NCBI GenBank assembly: GCA_016185465.1
Contig: JACPNO010000059.1
Span: forward strand, 635-64,634
Reading direction: 5' to 3'
From: Candidatus Solibacter usitatus
GTDB lineage: Bacteria; Acidobacteriota; Terriglobia; Bryobacterales; Bryobacteraceae
DNA: 64,000 nucleotides
Shown: positions 44,288 to 52,482 of the stretch, piece after piece
Layout of the letters: each line of letters starts with the position of its first letter
Position numbering within the stretch: the first letter of the stretch is position 1
Made by a program: the position numbers and the translations under genes
Notes under the pieces: generated by a model
Databases searched by the model: none
The model's input: only the letters and a program-made list of their open reading frames with translations
What the model was told of the DNA's origin: nothing

Positions 44288-45223
44288 TCATGTTGGGATT
44301 TGCAATGAATAGCGGGGATGGGCGCCGTTGGTTGGATGCCGCGAGATAAAGGCGTCGATGCGGGCGGCATAGGCTTCTACCAACGCCTTGGTCTCGGCGT
44401 TGCGATCCGCCGCTCGCGCATCGTTCAGATCCGGCAAAGCCAGGGGCTCCTGGATTTCGATATGGAATAGAGGACTCCCGCCCACAGCGGTAAAACACGG
44501 CAAGATAGCAGCGCCGGTCATCAGCCCGAGAGAAATGCCACCGGCTGCCAGCGTGTGATGGCGGCCGCCGATCGAAACCGGATAACGCCGCTCGCCGTAT
44601 CTGCCGTCGCCAGCCATGTTAACAATTCCGTTCCTCCGCAGATGATCGTATGCCTTCTTCATGTACTGAACACTCAGCTCTTCATTGCCAAGCAACGTAT
44701 CCAAGTCCTGGCGGTAACGGTTCTTGTGCCAGCGCTCGAACCGCGCTCCCCACGACCGGTCGCGCTCGCTGGCCTGGCCGATTCGAAACAAGTAATAGAC
44801 ATGGTGCGGCTTGGTTTTTAGGAACCAGCGCTCCGCTCTGGGCAGCCCGAGGTGACAGGTGAGCAATACCACACCTTTGTTTCGCCCCAAGGCCTGCTCC
44901 ACTCGCTCCCAGCCTCGCACGTCCAGCAAATCTCGCCAGTCGTTGGCATCGTGAAGCAATAGGATGTGGCTGAGGTAGCGCCGGAGCGAAGCATAAACAA
45001 AAAGCTCGCGCGACATCCGGACAATCTGGGTGGACGGCGTGCCCGCCGGAACCGTTTCTCGCAGCCACTGGATAGCCTGGCGCCGCCGGCGCCAGCACAG
45101 ACCGTACATGACGCGTCCGGACATACTTGCCCCGCGGATCGCCCAGGGCAACGGCAACGGACGCAGAATTTCCAGGGTGGAGTAGAACCGCAGCTTGTCA
45201 AGAACTGCGAGCAGCGCTTTCAT
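44288..45223 (-). CDS. LpxL/HtrB-type (lipid A late) acyltransferase family protein
   Basis: The layout matches the lauroyl/myristoyl acyltransferase family: GWERVEQALGRNKGVVLLTCHLG...YYLFR...MAGDGRYGERRYPVSIGGRHHTLAAGGISLGLMTGAAILPCF. Confidence 0.7.
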   Translation of the reverse strand: MKALLAVLDKLRFYSTLEILRPLPLPWAIRGASMSGRVMYGLCWRRRRQAIQWLRETVPAGTPSTQIVRMSRELFVYASLRRYLSHILLLHDANDWRDLLDVRGWERVEQALGRNKGVVLLTCHLGLPRAERWFLKTKPHHVYYLFRIGQASERDRSWGARFERWHKNRYRQDLDTLLGNEELSVQYMKKAYDHLRRNGIVNMAGDGRYGERRYPVSIGGRHHTLAAGGISLGLMTGAAILPCFTAVGGSPLFHIEIQEPLALPDLNDARAADRNAETKALVEAYAARIDAFISRHPTNGAHPRYSLQIPT

Positions 45224-45233
45224 CGGGTCCGGA

Positions 45234-46427
45234 TCAGGCGACGGCGGACTTGAACATGCGCAGCCGTCCCTGCAAAATATCGTGCAGCAGGCTCTGGTGC
45301 TGGCAGCGCACGCAGCGAACCGGATCCGGCTGGCGGCGGGCAGTCCGCTTCAAATGCCGCACCATGATCCCGGCGATGCGCTCGGAAACCTCCACGTACC
45401 ATTCGGCGTAGGGCGCGCGGTGGCCGGAATAAAGCGTTCCCGCCGAGGGACTCCACACCAGCGGAATACTGGCGACACCCTCTTCCGCCAATTCCTGGAC
45501 GCCTTCGAGGAACCGCTCTTTCGGCTCGATGCCGGCCAGGAATCCTGAAAAAATCCGCCCGCCGTCGCCGAAAATCTCCACCGCCGTGCGCAGCGCCTCT
45601 CGATACTTGGCGTAGCCCACGCGCTCCTCTTTTCCCGGACATACGGCCTTGAAAAACGCCGGATCGAAGCATTCGAGATTGATGCCGACGCTGCGCAGCC
45701 CCAGGCGCTGCAGGCGTTCGAGCTGGCGCAGATCGGGAGGCGGAGTCATGATCGCGGCGCCCGGCAGTTCGGTCATCCCGGTGGCCTCGCGAATGGCCTG
45801 CAGGTACGTAACCAGCACTTCCATTTCCTGGTTGCCCGGAAGGATGCCGCCGGTAATCAGAAAATGCTTGGCCGGCCCATCGCCGAAGGCGGCGGCCATC
45901 ACCTCGCCCACTTCCACCGCCCGTTTGCGGATCAGTACTTCGTCGTACTGGCGCGGAGTGAAGTTCATGTTGCAGAATGCGCATTCCTTCTTGTTGGAAA
46001 AGGTAATGCAGGCGTTGGTGTGGCATACCGAAAGGCAATCCTCGCCGACAAGTTCCGCGATCGTCGACATAGGCTGCCCAAACGACGTGGAGCGGGAATA
46101 GAAGGCGGGCCGCTCGATCCAATCCAGGGTGGAAAGCCTCTTGCCCCCGCATTCAACGTAGAGGCCGGCGCGTTCGCGCAAAATCAGATACGGCGAGCGC
46201 TCATTGAGACGCACTTGCACAATAGATCCGCCGGCCAGACGCAGCTCGCTCGGCGCCAAGTGGGTCTTATGCACGTCGAAGTCGTACTCGAACAGATGAT
46301 GGAGCTGTTCTTTGTATTGGTGCCCGAGGCCTGCCAGAGCATCGTTCTCAATGCGAACGCCGTCGGCGAGCAGCCGGGCTTTCAATAGAATTTCTTCACG
46401 CATGGCGATCCACTTTGCGGGCGACAA
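45234..46427 (-). CDS. radical-SAM-superfamily-like enzyme with a non-canonical Cys cluster
   Basis: TIM-barrel radical-SAM-like core: HFLITGGILPGN, LRSVGINLECFDPAFFKAVCPGK, GFLAGIEPKE. The Cys cluster is CLSVCHTNACITFSNKKECAFC (C131/135/140/149/152) rather than CX3CX2C. Confidence 0.55.
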   Translation of the reverse strand: MSPAKWIAMREEILLKARLLADGVRIENDALAGLGHQYKEQLHHLFEYDFDVHKTHLAPSELRLAGGSIVQVRLNERSPYLILRERAGLYVECGGKRLSTLDWIERPAFYSRSTSFGQPMSTIAELVGEDCLSVCHTNACITFSNKKECAFCNMNFTPRQYDEVLIRKRAVEVGEVMAAAFGDGPAKHFLITGGILPGNQEMEVLVTYLQAIREATGMTELPGAAIMTPPPDLRQLERLQRLGLRSVGINLECFDPAFFKAVCPGKEERVGYAKYREALRTAVEIFGDGGRIFSGFLAGIEPKERFLEGVQELAEEGVASIPLVWSPSAGTLYSGHRAPYAEWYVEVSERIAGIMVRHLKRTARRQPDPVRCVRCQHQSLLHDILQGRLRMFKSAVA

Positions 46428-47112
46428 TCTGCCAAAAGTAGGATTTTCGAATCGGCAGCCAGGAGGGAGCCCCGCCGTTCTTGCCCGGCAATGCCAAGCG
46501 CAGTTCTTCGTGTTCCAGGGATTCGATTTCGTAAGCGCGGAAGAAGTGCCGCACCTCTTCTTCGGAGGAAAAATGATGGGTCACGCCGCTCTCGCCATCG
46601 GCGGCAAAAAGCTCTTTGTACATTCGGGGATCATTGAACGTATGCGGCTCCATGGCTTCGCCCTTGCCATAAAGCCGGTTGGCGCGAGAGAGGAATGTGG
46701 CGAAACACTCTCCTCCCACGCGCAACTTCCTGCGCACCAGTTCGACTCCCTTATCCACCTGCTGAGACGTGCCGTGGTAGATGCTGTTGAATGCCAGCAC
46801 GGCGTCAAAATATCCGTCTGGATAGGGAATGACGCTCATGTCGCCGCGATGCAGCGTGGCCTTCAAGCCGTCCGCCTGCAATCGCCGGCCGCAGGTTTCG
46901 AGGCCGGTTTCGGAGTGATCGAGGCCATAGGCCTCAAAACCCAGGGAGGCGAGCAGGTACACATGCCTGCCGACGCCGCAGCCGAGATCCAGCACGCGGC
47001 GAATGGTCTTGGACTCATTCCATTTCGCTGTGAGTTGCAGAACGCGGCGGTCCGGAACCGACCAAAGCTGCCTGGCTCCATCGCCTTGCCAGATTTGTTC
47101 CCAACCACCCAT
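46396..47112 (-). CDS. class I SAM-dependent methyltransferase
   Basis: Motif I VLDLGCGVGRH, acidic loop YGLDHS, motif post-II FDAVLAFNSIYHG. The 3' end overlaps the radical-SAM-like gene by 32 nt. Confidence 0.85.
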   Translation of the reverse strand: MGGWEQIWQGDGARQLWSVPDRRVLQLTAKWNESKTIRRVLDLGCGVGRHVYLLASLGFEAYGLDHSETGLETCGRRLQADGLKATLHRGDMSVIPYPDGYFDAVLAFNSIYHGTSQQVDKGVELVRRKLRVGGECFATFLSRANRLYGKGEAMEPHTFNDPRMYKELFAADGESGVTHHFSSEEEVRHFFRAYEIESLEHEELRLALPGKNGGAPSWLPIRKSYFWQIVARKVDRHA

Positions 47113-47168
47113 TCGGCCCTGAATGCCTCCAAGGGTTTATCGTACTATCTTCGTTTGCTTCGTGTGCT

Positions 47169-48059
47169 TTAATTTTCCGGGATCTCGCCCAATTTTCCGC
47201 TACGGAAATCGGCGAACGCCTGGTAAATTTCCTCGCGCGTGTTCATCACGAAGGGGCCGTAGCGGGCGATGGGTTCGCCGATCGGCTCGCCCGCCAGCAG
47301 CAGCAGGTCCACCGGCTGGCTGGATGGATTCGAGATCGCGACCGCTCCACCATCGTGCGCAAACAGGACCAGACGGCCCTCGCCCTGCCGCTCCGGCGCG
47401 CCTGCGAACTGCGCTTCGCCGCGAATAATGTACGCCAGGGCGTTGAACTTTTCCGCCACTTCCTGGACGTGGGTCGCGCCGGGCGCGAGAGTCAGGTGGA
47501 GGTACAAAATCGGCGTGCGGACCTGGATCGCTCCGCGCATTCCTAGCGACTCACCGGCAATCACCTTCACCTTGACATCGCTGCTGGCCGTCTCCGCATG
47601 CGGAATGACGGCTGCCTTCAATTCCTGATATTTCGGCGGCGTCATCTTGTCGCGCTTGGGCAGATTCACCCAGATCTGAAATCCTTGCAACCGCCCGCCG
47701 GTGCGAACCAGATCGCGGCCGGGCATTTCGGAATGCACCAGGCCCGAGCCGGCCGTCATCCACTGCACGTCGCCTGCTTCCAGGAAACCGCGGTTGCCGA
47801 AGGAATCCTTGTGCTCCATCTGGCCTTCCAGCAGATAGGTGACGGTCTCGAAGCCGCGATGCGGATGATCCGGAAATCCCGTTGCCTGGCCGGGCGCGAT
47901 CGTAATCGGACCCATGTGATCCAGCAGCAGGAACGGATCGACCTCGTCGATTTCCGGACCCGGAAAGCCGCGGCGAATCTCCACTCCGCCGCCTTCGAGC
48001 GTGCGCTGGCTATCGAACGCGCGCGCCACGCTGCGATGTTTCAATTCAGTCTTGGTCAT
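47169..48059 (-). CDS. pirin-family bicupin protein
   Basis: ORF 47169..48242 trimmed to ATG 48059 (GAAGGAGAAAAAATC upstream). FPDHPHRGFETVTYLLEG, MTAGSGLVHSE. Confidence 0.9.
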   Translation of the reverse strand: MTKTELKHRSVARAFDSQRTLEGGGVEIRRGFPGPEIDEVDPFLLLDHMGPITIAPGQATGFPDHPHRGFETVTYLLEGQMEHKDSFGNRGFLEAGDVQWMTAGSGLVHSEMPGRDLVRTGGRLQGFQIWVNLPKRDKMTPPKYQELKAAVIPHAETASSDVKVKVIAGESLGMRGAIQVRTPILYLHLTLAPGATHVQEVAEKFNALAYIIRGEAQFAGAPERQGEGRLVLFAHDGGAVAISNPSSQPVDLLLLAGEPIGEPIARYGPFVMNTREEIYQAFADFRSGKLGEIPEN

Positions 48060-48420
48060 GATTTTTTCTCCTTCGGGCGACGCGCCCAGGCTACCACCGC
48101 CATTGCCAGCAGCAGCACCGCCGGCATCGCGGGCGAGCCTCCGATGAAAGAAAAATGCGCGATGACTGCTCCTATCATTACCACCGCCAGCATCAGGGCG
48201 GCGAATGCCGCGTGGCCGGAAACAGTAGGCCCGCGGCGCCAATTACTTCGAGCCCGCCCGTCAGATAGCGGAACCACTGGCCGATTCCAATGACGCCGAA
48301 TACTTGCACCATTTGGGCGTTGCCAGCCAATTTCGAGCCTCCGGCGAAGAGGAACAACCCGGCTGCGGCGATTTGCAGCAGCCATAGACCTGCGGTACGA
48401 ACATTTGGTAACTTGGTCAT
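48056..48420 (-). pseudogene. DoxX-family membrane protein with the frame broken by a 1-nt indel near 48205-48215
   Basis: ORF 48193..48420 (MTKLPNVRTAGLWLLQIAAAGLFLFAGGSKL...GLLFPAT) stops after RHSPP. The adjacent frame (tail of ORF 48056..48460) continues as ..AAFAALMLAVVMIGAVIAHFSFIGG..., and its TGA overlaps the pirin ATG as ATGA. Confidence 0.7.
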
Positions 48421-48421
48421 A

Positions 48422-48439
48422 TATCTTTACGTCAAGATA
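48422..48439. promoter_or_regulatory. inverted repeat TATCTT-N6-AAGATA in the 20-bp MarR/DoxX divergent gap (possible MarR operator)
   Basis: tatctt tacgtc aagata sits between the DoxX ATG (48420) and the MarR ATG (48441). Confidence 0.3.
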
Positions 48440-48440
48440 A

Positions 48441-48905
48441 TTGATGTCAAGCGATCGCAAAAGGATTCAGCGGCTCTCCGGCATCCATCTTTGGCTGGTG
48501 CTGTGGAAGACCTTCGACGCCATGCGCGGTTTTGCCGTAGGCAATATCGCCTCGCTCGGCCTGGGACTTTCGGATTTCGCGGTCCTGGAAGTGCTTCTGC
48601 ACAAAGGACCTATGCCCGTGAACACGGTCGGCTCGACAATCCGCCTCACCAGCGGATCGATCAGCGTGGCCGTCGATCGCCTGGAAGCCAAGGGCCTCGT
48701 CGAGCGCCGCGACGATCCCGCCGATCGCCGTTCGCACGTGGTCCATTTGACGCCGGAAGGGCGAAAACTGATCACATGCGCCTTCGCCGCCCATGCCGCC
48801 GCCATGGAGCAAGCCTCCTCCGGCCTTTCGCTGAAAGAACGCGCGCAAGCCATCGCCTTATTGAAGAAGTTAGGAAAGCGCGAACGGGCTAAGATAATTT
48901 CGTGA
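48441..48905 (+). CDS. MarR-family transcriptional regulator
   Basis: wHTH region LSDFAVLEVLLHKGPMPVNTVGSTIRLTSGSISVAVDRLEAKGLVERRDDPADRRSHVVHLTPEG. Confidence 0.88.
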   Translation: MMSSDRKRIQRLSGIHLWLVLWKTFDAMRGFAVGNIASLGLGLSDFAVLEVLLHKGPMPVNTVGSTIRLTSGSISVAVDRLEAKGLVERRDDPADRRSHVVHLTPEGRKLITCAFAAHAAAMEQASSGLSLKERAQAIALLKKLGKRERAKIIS

Positions 48906-49384
48906 TTGCGATTCGGCTGGCTGAACCCGCAGATTTCGACGCCATCTGGGAAATTTTTCACGCCGTCGTCCAGGGCGGCGACACCTACGCCTACGAACCT
49001 AGTACCACCCAGGAGCAGGCCCGCACCATCTGGATGGAAACCGGCGCAACCTACGTGGGGCTGGCGGACGGCCGCGTCGTTGGGACCTATGTGCTGCGCG
49101 CCAACCGCATGGGCCTGGGCTCACACGTCGCCAATGCCAGCTATATGGTGAGTCCGGACTATCAGGGACACGGCGCAGGGCGCGCACTGTGCGAGCATTC
49201 ACTAGAAGAGGCGCGCAAAGCCGGCTTCATCGCCATGCAATTCAACTTCGTGGTGAGCACCAATCAAGCCGCGGTGGAACTCTGGAAGAAATGTGGGTTC
49301 CAAATTGTAGGCACCGCGCCTAAAGCGTTCCGCCATAGACAGCTAGGGTTGGTGGATGCGTATGTGATGCACCGGTATTTGTAG
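48902..49384 (+). CDS. GNAT-family N-acetyltransferase
   Basis: 160 aa with acetyl-CoA motif A context VSPDYQGHGAGRALCEHSLEEARKAGF..MQFNFV. Confidence 0.85.
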   Translation: MIAIRLAEPADFDAIWEIFHAVVQGGDTYAYEPSTTQEQARTIWMETGATYVGLADGRVVGTYVLRANRMGLGSHVANASYMVSPDYQGHGAGRALCEHSLEEARKAGFIAMQFNFVVSTNQAAVELWKKCGFQIVGTAPKAFRHRQLGLVDAYVMHRYL

Positions 49385-49386
49385 AT

Positions 49387-49602
49387 ATGAGAAGAGTTTT
49401 CTTCATCGCCGCCTCTTTAGCGAGTGTCCTCGCGGCGTCCGAATGCATCGAGCCTACGCAACAATCGGCTTTTCGCCAAGCCACCATGGTGTTTCACGGC
49501 GAACTGGTCAGAGTCGTCGATGTGGATGTCGAAGGGCCTCACAAAGCGACGTCTGGCGGCATCGAGCTCAAGCAAGCTGAGTCTGGAGTCCTCGCATTCT
49601 GA
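49387..49602 (+). CDS. small secreted protein, or the N-terminal fragment of a disrupted gene
   Basis: MRRVFFIAASLASVLAASEC signal, then IEPTQQSAFRQATMVFHGELVRV. Coding-like sequence continues in another frame after the stop (..ILIFNVNRVWKEPGAIGEP). Confidence 0.4.
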   Translation: MRRVFFIAASLASVLAASECIEPTQQSAFRQATMVFHGELVRVVDVDVEGPHKATSGGIELKQAESGVLAF

Positions 49603-49696
49603 TTTTCAATGTCAACCGTGTATGGAAGGAGCCGGGTGCCATCGGCGAACCGGAACGCGGCTGCACTGGAGGAAATCATGTTCGTTCATCACGAAA

Positions 49697-50137
49697 ATGC
49701 CCGCCGACTTGGCATCGGAAGCGCCACTGAATCAGCGACAGCGGTTTGAACTGCGTCAGTGCGAAGCGGGCCCATTGATTGTCACGGCCTATGAGAAGCG
49801 CAGGCCTAAGCCATCACTGGTGTTCGATACTGGCCGCGGCTATCCAGGATATCTCGCGCACGCTGGCAGCGTGCTCGTTCTCCAAATCCCCGGAGGTTCA
49901 TCCGATCACGTCTACGTTTTCATGTTCCAGTCAGGGAAACCGTCCGTCGCTTTGAAGACGGCGACAAATGCCTACATCCAAGCCAAGCAACTTGAAAAAA
50001 CCGTTGTAGTGGTTGTACCGCCTAAAACATACCCGATGCGAACGGAGAATTTCCGCCGCAACCACCCCCGAAGGAATACTCTTTCCCACTTGAATATTGA
50101 GCACCTCACTTCTTCAACTGCAATTCCACCATCGTAA
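49697..50137 (+). CDS. hypothetical protein, or the C-terminal fragment of a disrupted gene; the 3' end is uncertain
   Basis: Back half of ORF 49424..50137 from ATG 49697: ..GPLIVTAYEKRRPKPSLVFDTGRGYPGYLAHAGSVLVLQIPGGSSDHVYVFMFQSGKPSVALK... The -1 frame near 50045 gives a more protein-like tail, GEFPPQPPPKEYSFPLEY*, ending at 50100. Confidence 0.4.
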   Translation: MPADLASEAPLNQRQRFELRQCEAGPLIVTAYEKRRPKPSLVFDTGRGYPGYLAHAGSVLVLQIPGGSSDHVYVFMFQSGKPSVALKTATNAYIQAKQLEKTVVVVVPPKTYPMRTENFRRNHPRRNTLSHLNIEHLTSSTAIPPS

Positions 50138-52448
50138 GGCTCAGCGGCTCGAAAGCATATTCCAGCACGCCGCCTTTCACCGCCACCGCTCGCGACACCG
50201 GCGCGATACGGCGCGGATCGTCGCGGCTATTGATGACCTCCGTGGACAGCGCCCGCTCACGATCCTTCAGGACATGCGCAGTCCCTTGCGCCGTTGCGAC
50301 GCTCAACCCCGACAAATTCACGCGCTCGCGCAACGCATCTGCCGTTGAGTTCACCACGTAAATCCGCAGCGTCTTGCCATCCGCGCTCAACGTCGTGCTC
50401 AAGTCCGGCTCGGCAAGATGCCACGGCAGATCGCCGGCGCGTTCCACACGCAGCGGAAACGTCCCCGCCGCCCGCGCGTAGAATTGCTGCGCATAATATG
50501 TCGGCGCAAGATACAGCCAGCCCGGCCCGGTCATGATGACGCCCGACCCGAAGCTGTTAGCGAGATTCGAGCGCATCGCCATCTCTGTGAGGTCGGCATT
50601 GCGCTGCAGCAGATTGTGATAGCGCGCGCAGCTCAGCGCGTTGCCCAGCGTCTGCAGCATGCCGCGGCCCAGTCCCCATTCGCCGCCCGTCGTATTCCAT
50701 TCCGTCACTGCCACGCGCACCTGCCGGCCGGCGCCATCGCGATCAATCTGTTCTTGCAGCGACGCGAATTCGCGCTCCACGCCAGTCAAGTCCGCAATCG
50801 CATAATGGTGCGGCGAAAGATAATCCAGCAGGCCCGCGCCGAATTTCAGCGTCTGCTCAGAGGGAAACGCAGAGAGAATCTTGATCGACGGATCGACTTT
50901 GCGCATCGCCTCCGCAATCGGCTTCACGGACGCGTCGTATTCGGCCCCACCCACCTCATTGCCGATCTGCCAGTACTTCACGCCATATGGCTCAGCGTGC
51001 CCGTTTTTCGCACGCAAGCTTCCCCACTTCGTTGTGGCTGCGCCGTTGAAATATTCGATCTGATCGGCGGCGTCCTGCGGCGTCTTGCCGGTCCAGCGCA
51101 TGCAGATCAGCGGCTCGGCTCCCACTAAGCGGCAGAGCTGGATGAACTCCTCTTCGCCGACGAAATTCGGTTCCAGGCCGCCCCACCAAGTGGTGAACGG
51201 CACGCGCTGATCCCACGGGCCGATGCCGCGATCCCACTCATAGCCTTCTATGGCAGTGCCGCCGAAACGGATCACGCCCGAGTGCAATTCGCGCAGCGCC
51301 GAAACCACATCCGGCCGCCAGATGCCCAGCACGGCGTCTTCGCCAATCATGTAGATGCGATCCAGCCACAGCGTGCCGGCGCCAGAGAAATCGATGGTCA
51401 GCGTGGCGTTATCGGTATCGCCGTTCGCCACCAACTCCGCCGCGGCGCCTTTCCACTCTGCCGCCGCGCTGCCTAGCGACACCGGATTCGCCACCACGCG
51501 CCCGCCCGCATGCAGCCACGCGCGCGCTTCCACATTGCCTTCGCCGCGCATGTGTAGCCGCAGCCGGTAACGCAAGCCTTTCTTGAGCGCGAAACCATCC
51601 TGTGAAATCCCGGCCCGCGCCCGCGCCGCGCCAATCTCGATTTTCTGCGAGCGCGCGCCGTTGAACGCATTCGCCGTGTCGTAGGAATACCGAGCCACCT
51701 GCACCGCGCCGTCCGGATACCACGGCCGGTGCGTCTGATCGACTTCCGGCCGGTAGGCAAACTTGCACGGCGGCTCTTCCTCGAAGCTCGATGCGTTCAC
51801 TTGCTGCGCCAGCAGCGACGGAATCAAACTGCACAACGGCTCGATGAACTGCCCGCCTTGTTTGGCATCGATCGGCAAGCGGCTAAGTTTTTGCGCGGTG
51901 ATGCGCACTTCCGCCACCTGCGCGCGCGCCGGTTCAGCAATCGCCTCCAGGCGAATGTCGTCGAACCAAACTTTGCCCGTGCCTCTGCCCCGCCCGGTGT
52001 GAAACAGTTGAACGTTGACCTCGCCCGGCGATGCCACTCGAAACGTGACGCTCTCCTCGCGCCAATCCGCGGTGCCAGTGCGGCTGGCAGTTCGCCCCAG
52101 GCTGCCTGCCGAAGTGCGCACGTCGATCGCGCCCGTGAATACAGTGGCCCCCGTGCCGCTCAAGTTCTCCGTTCGCACCCAGCCGTGCAGCCGCCAAAGC
52201 GTTCCCACCGGCAGAAAAATTTTCTGCCCGGCGGCGAGCGCCACCGGATCATCCGCCTCCAGCAGCAGCGACTGCTTGCCTTCCTTCGCCTGGCCGCCGT
52301 CCACCCGCATGACGCCGTCGCGTCCATTTTTCTGATGAACGGAAACAGTCCAGCCGTCGGGCGCCGCCGATTCGAAGCCGGAATTGCGGATCGCCGGCGT
52401 GCTCGCCGCCAGAAAAAAATTCAACGGAATTAATATCGCGAAATGCAC
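50106..52448 (-). CDS. GH51-type alpha-L-arabinofuranosidase with an N-terminal CBM4/9-like carbohydrate-binding module
   Basis: 780 aa. The N-terminus NSGFESAAPDGW...GKVWFDDIRLE is CBM-like. The catalytic region has FGGTAIEGYEWDRGIGP, KYWQIGNEVGG (acid/base GNE) and VAVTEWN. Confidence 0.8.
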   Translation of the reverse strand: MHFAILIPLNFFLAASTPAIRNSGFESAAPDGWTVSVHQKNGRDGVMRVDGGQAKEGKQSLLLEADDPVALAAGQKIFLPVGTLWRLHGWVRTENLSGTGATVFTGAIDVRTSAGSLGRTASRTGTADWREESVTFRVASPGEVNVQLFHTGRGRGTGKVWFDDIRLEAIAEPARAQVAEVRITAQKLSRLPIDAKQGGQFIEPLCSLIPSLLAQQVNASSFEEEPPCKFAYRPEVDQTHRPWYPDGAVQVARYSYDTANAFNGARSQKIEIGAARARAGISQDGFALKKGLRYRLRLHMRGEGNVEARAWLHAGGRVVANPVSLGSAAAEWKGAAAELVANGDTDNATLTIDFSGAGTLWLDRIYMIGEDAVLGIWRPDVVSALRELHSGVIRFGGTAIEGYEWDRGIGPWDQRVPFTTWWGGLEPNFVGEEEFIQLCRLVGAEPLICMRWTGKTPQDAADQIEYFNGAATTKWGSLRAKNGHAEPYGVKYWQIGNEVGGAEYDASVKPIAEAMRKVDPSIKILSAFPSEQTLKFGAGLLDYLSPHHYAIADLTGVEREFASLQEQIDRDGAGRQVRVAVTEWNTTGGEWGLGRGMLQTLGNALSCARYHNLLQRNADLTEMAMRSNLANSFGSGVIMTGPGWLYLAPTYYAQQFYARAAGTFPLRVERAGDLPWHLAEPDLSTTLSADGKTLRIYVVNSTADALRERVNLSGLSVATAQGTAHVLKDRERALSTEVINSRDDPRRIAPVSRAVAVKGGVLEYAFEPLSLTMVELQLKK

Positions 52449-52482
52449 CTCTAGATTGTATATTCAGAAGACCGGGGAGCTG

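Noticed and set aside
45220-46152. 310-aa minus-strand ORF overlapping the radical-SAM-like gene out of frame
   Set aside because: It is extremely Arg/Gly/Pro-rich (RRDHDSASRSAPARTPAAPGAAQRR...). The 45234..46427 frame has the structured, motif-bearing translation.
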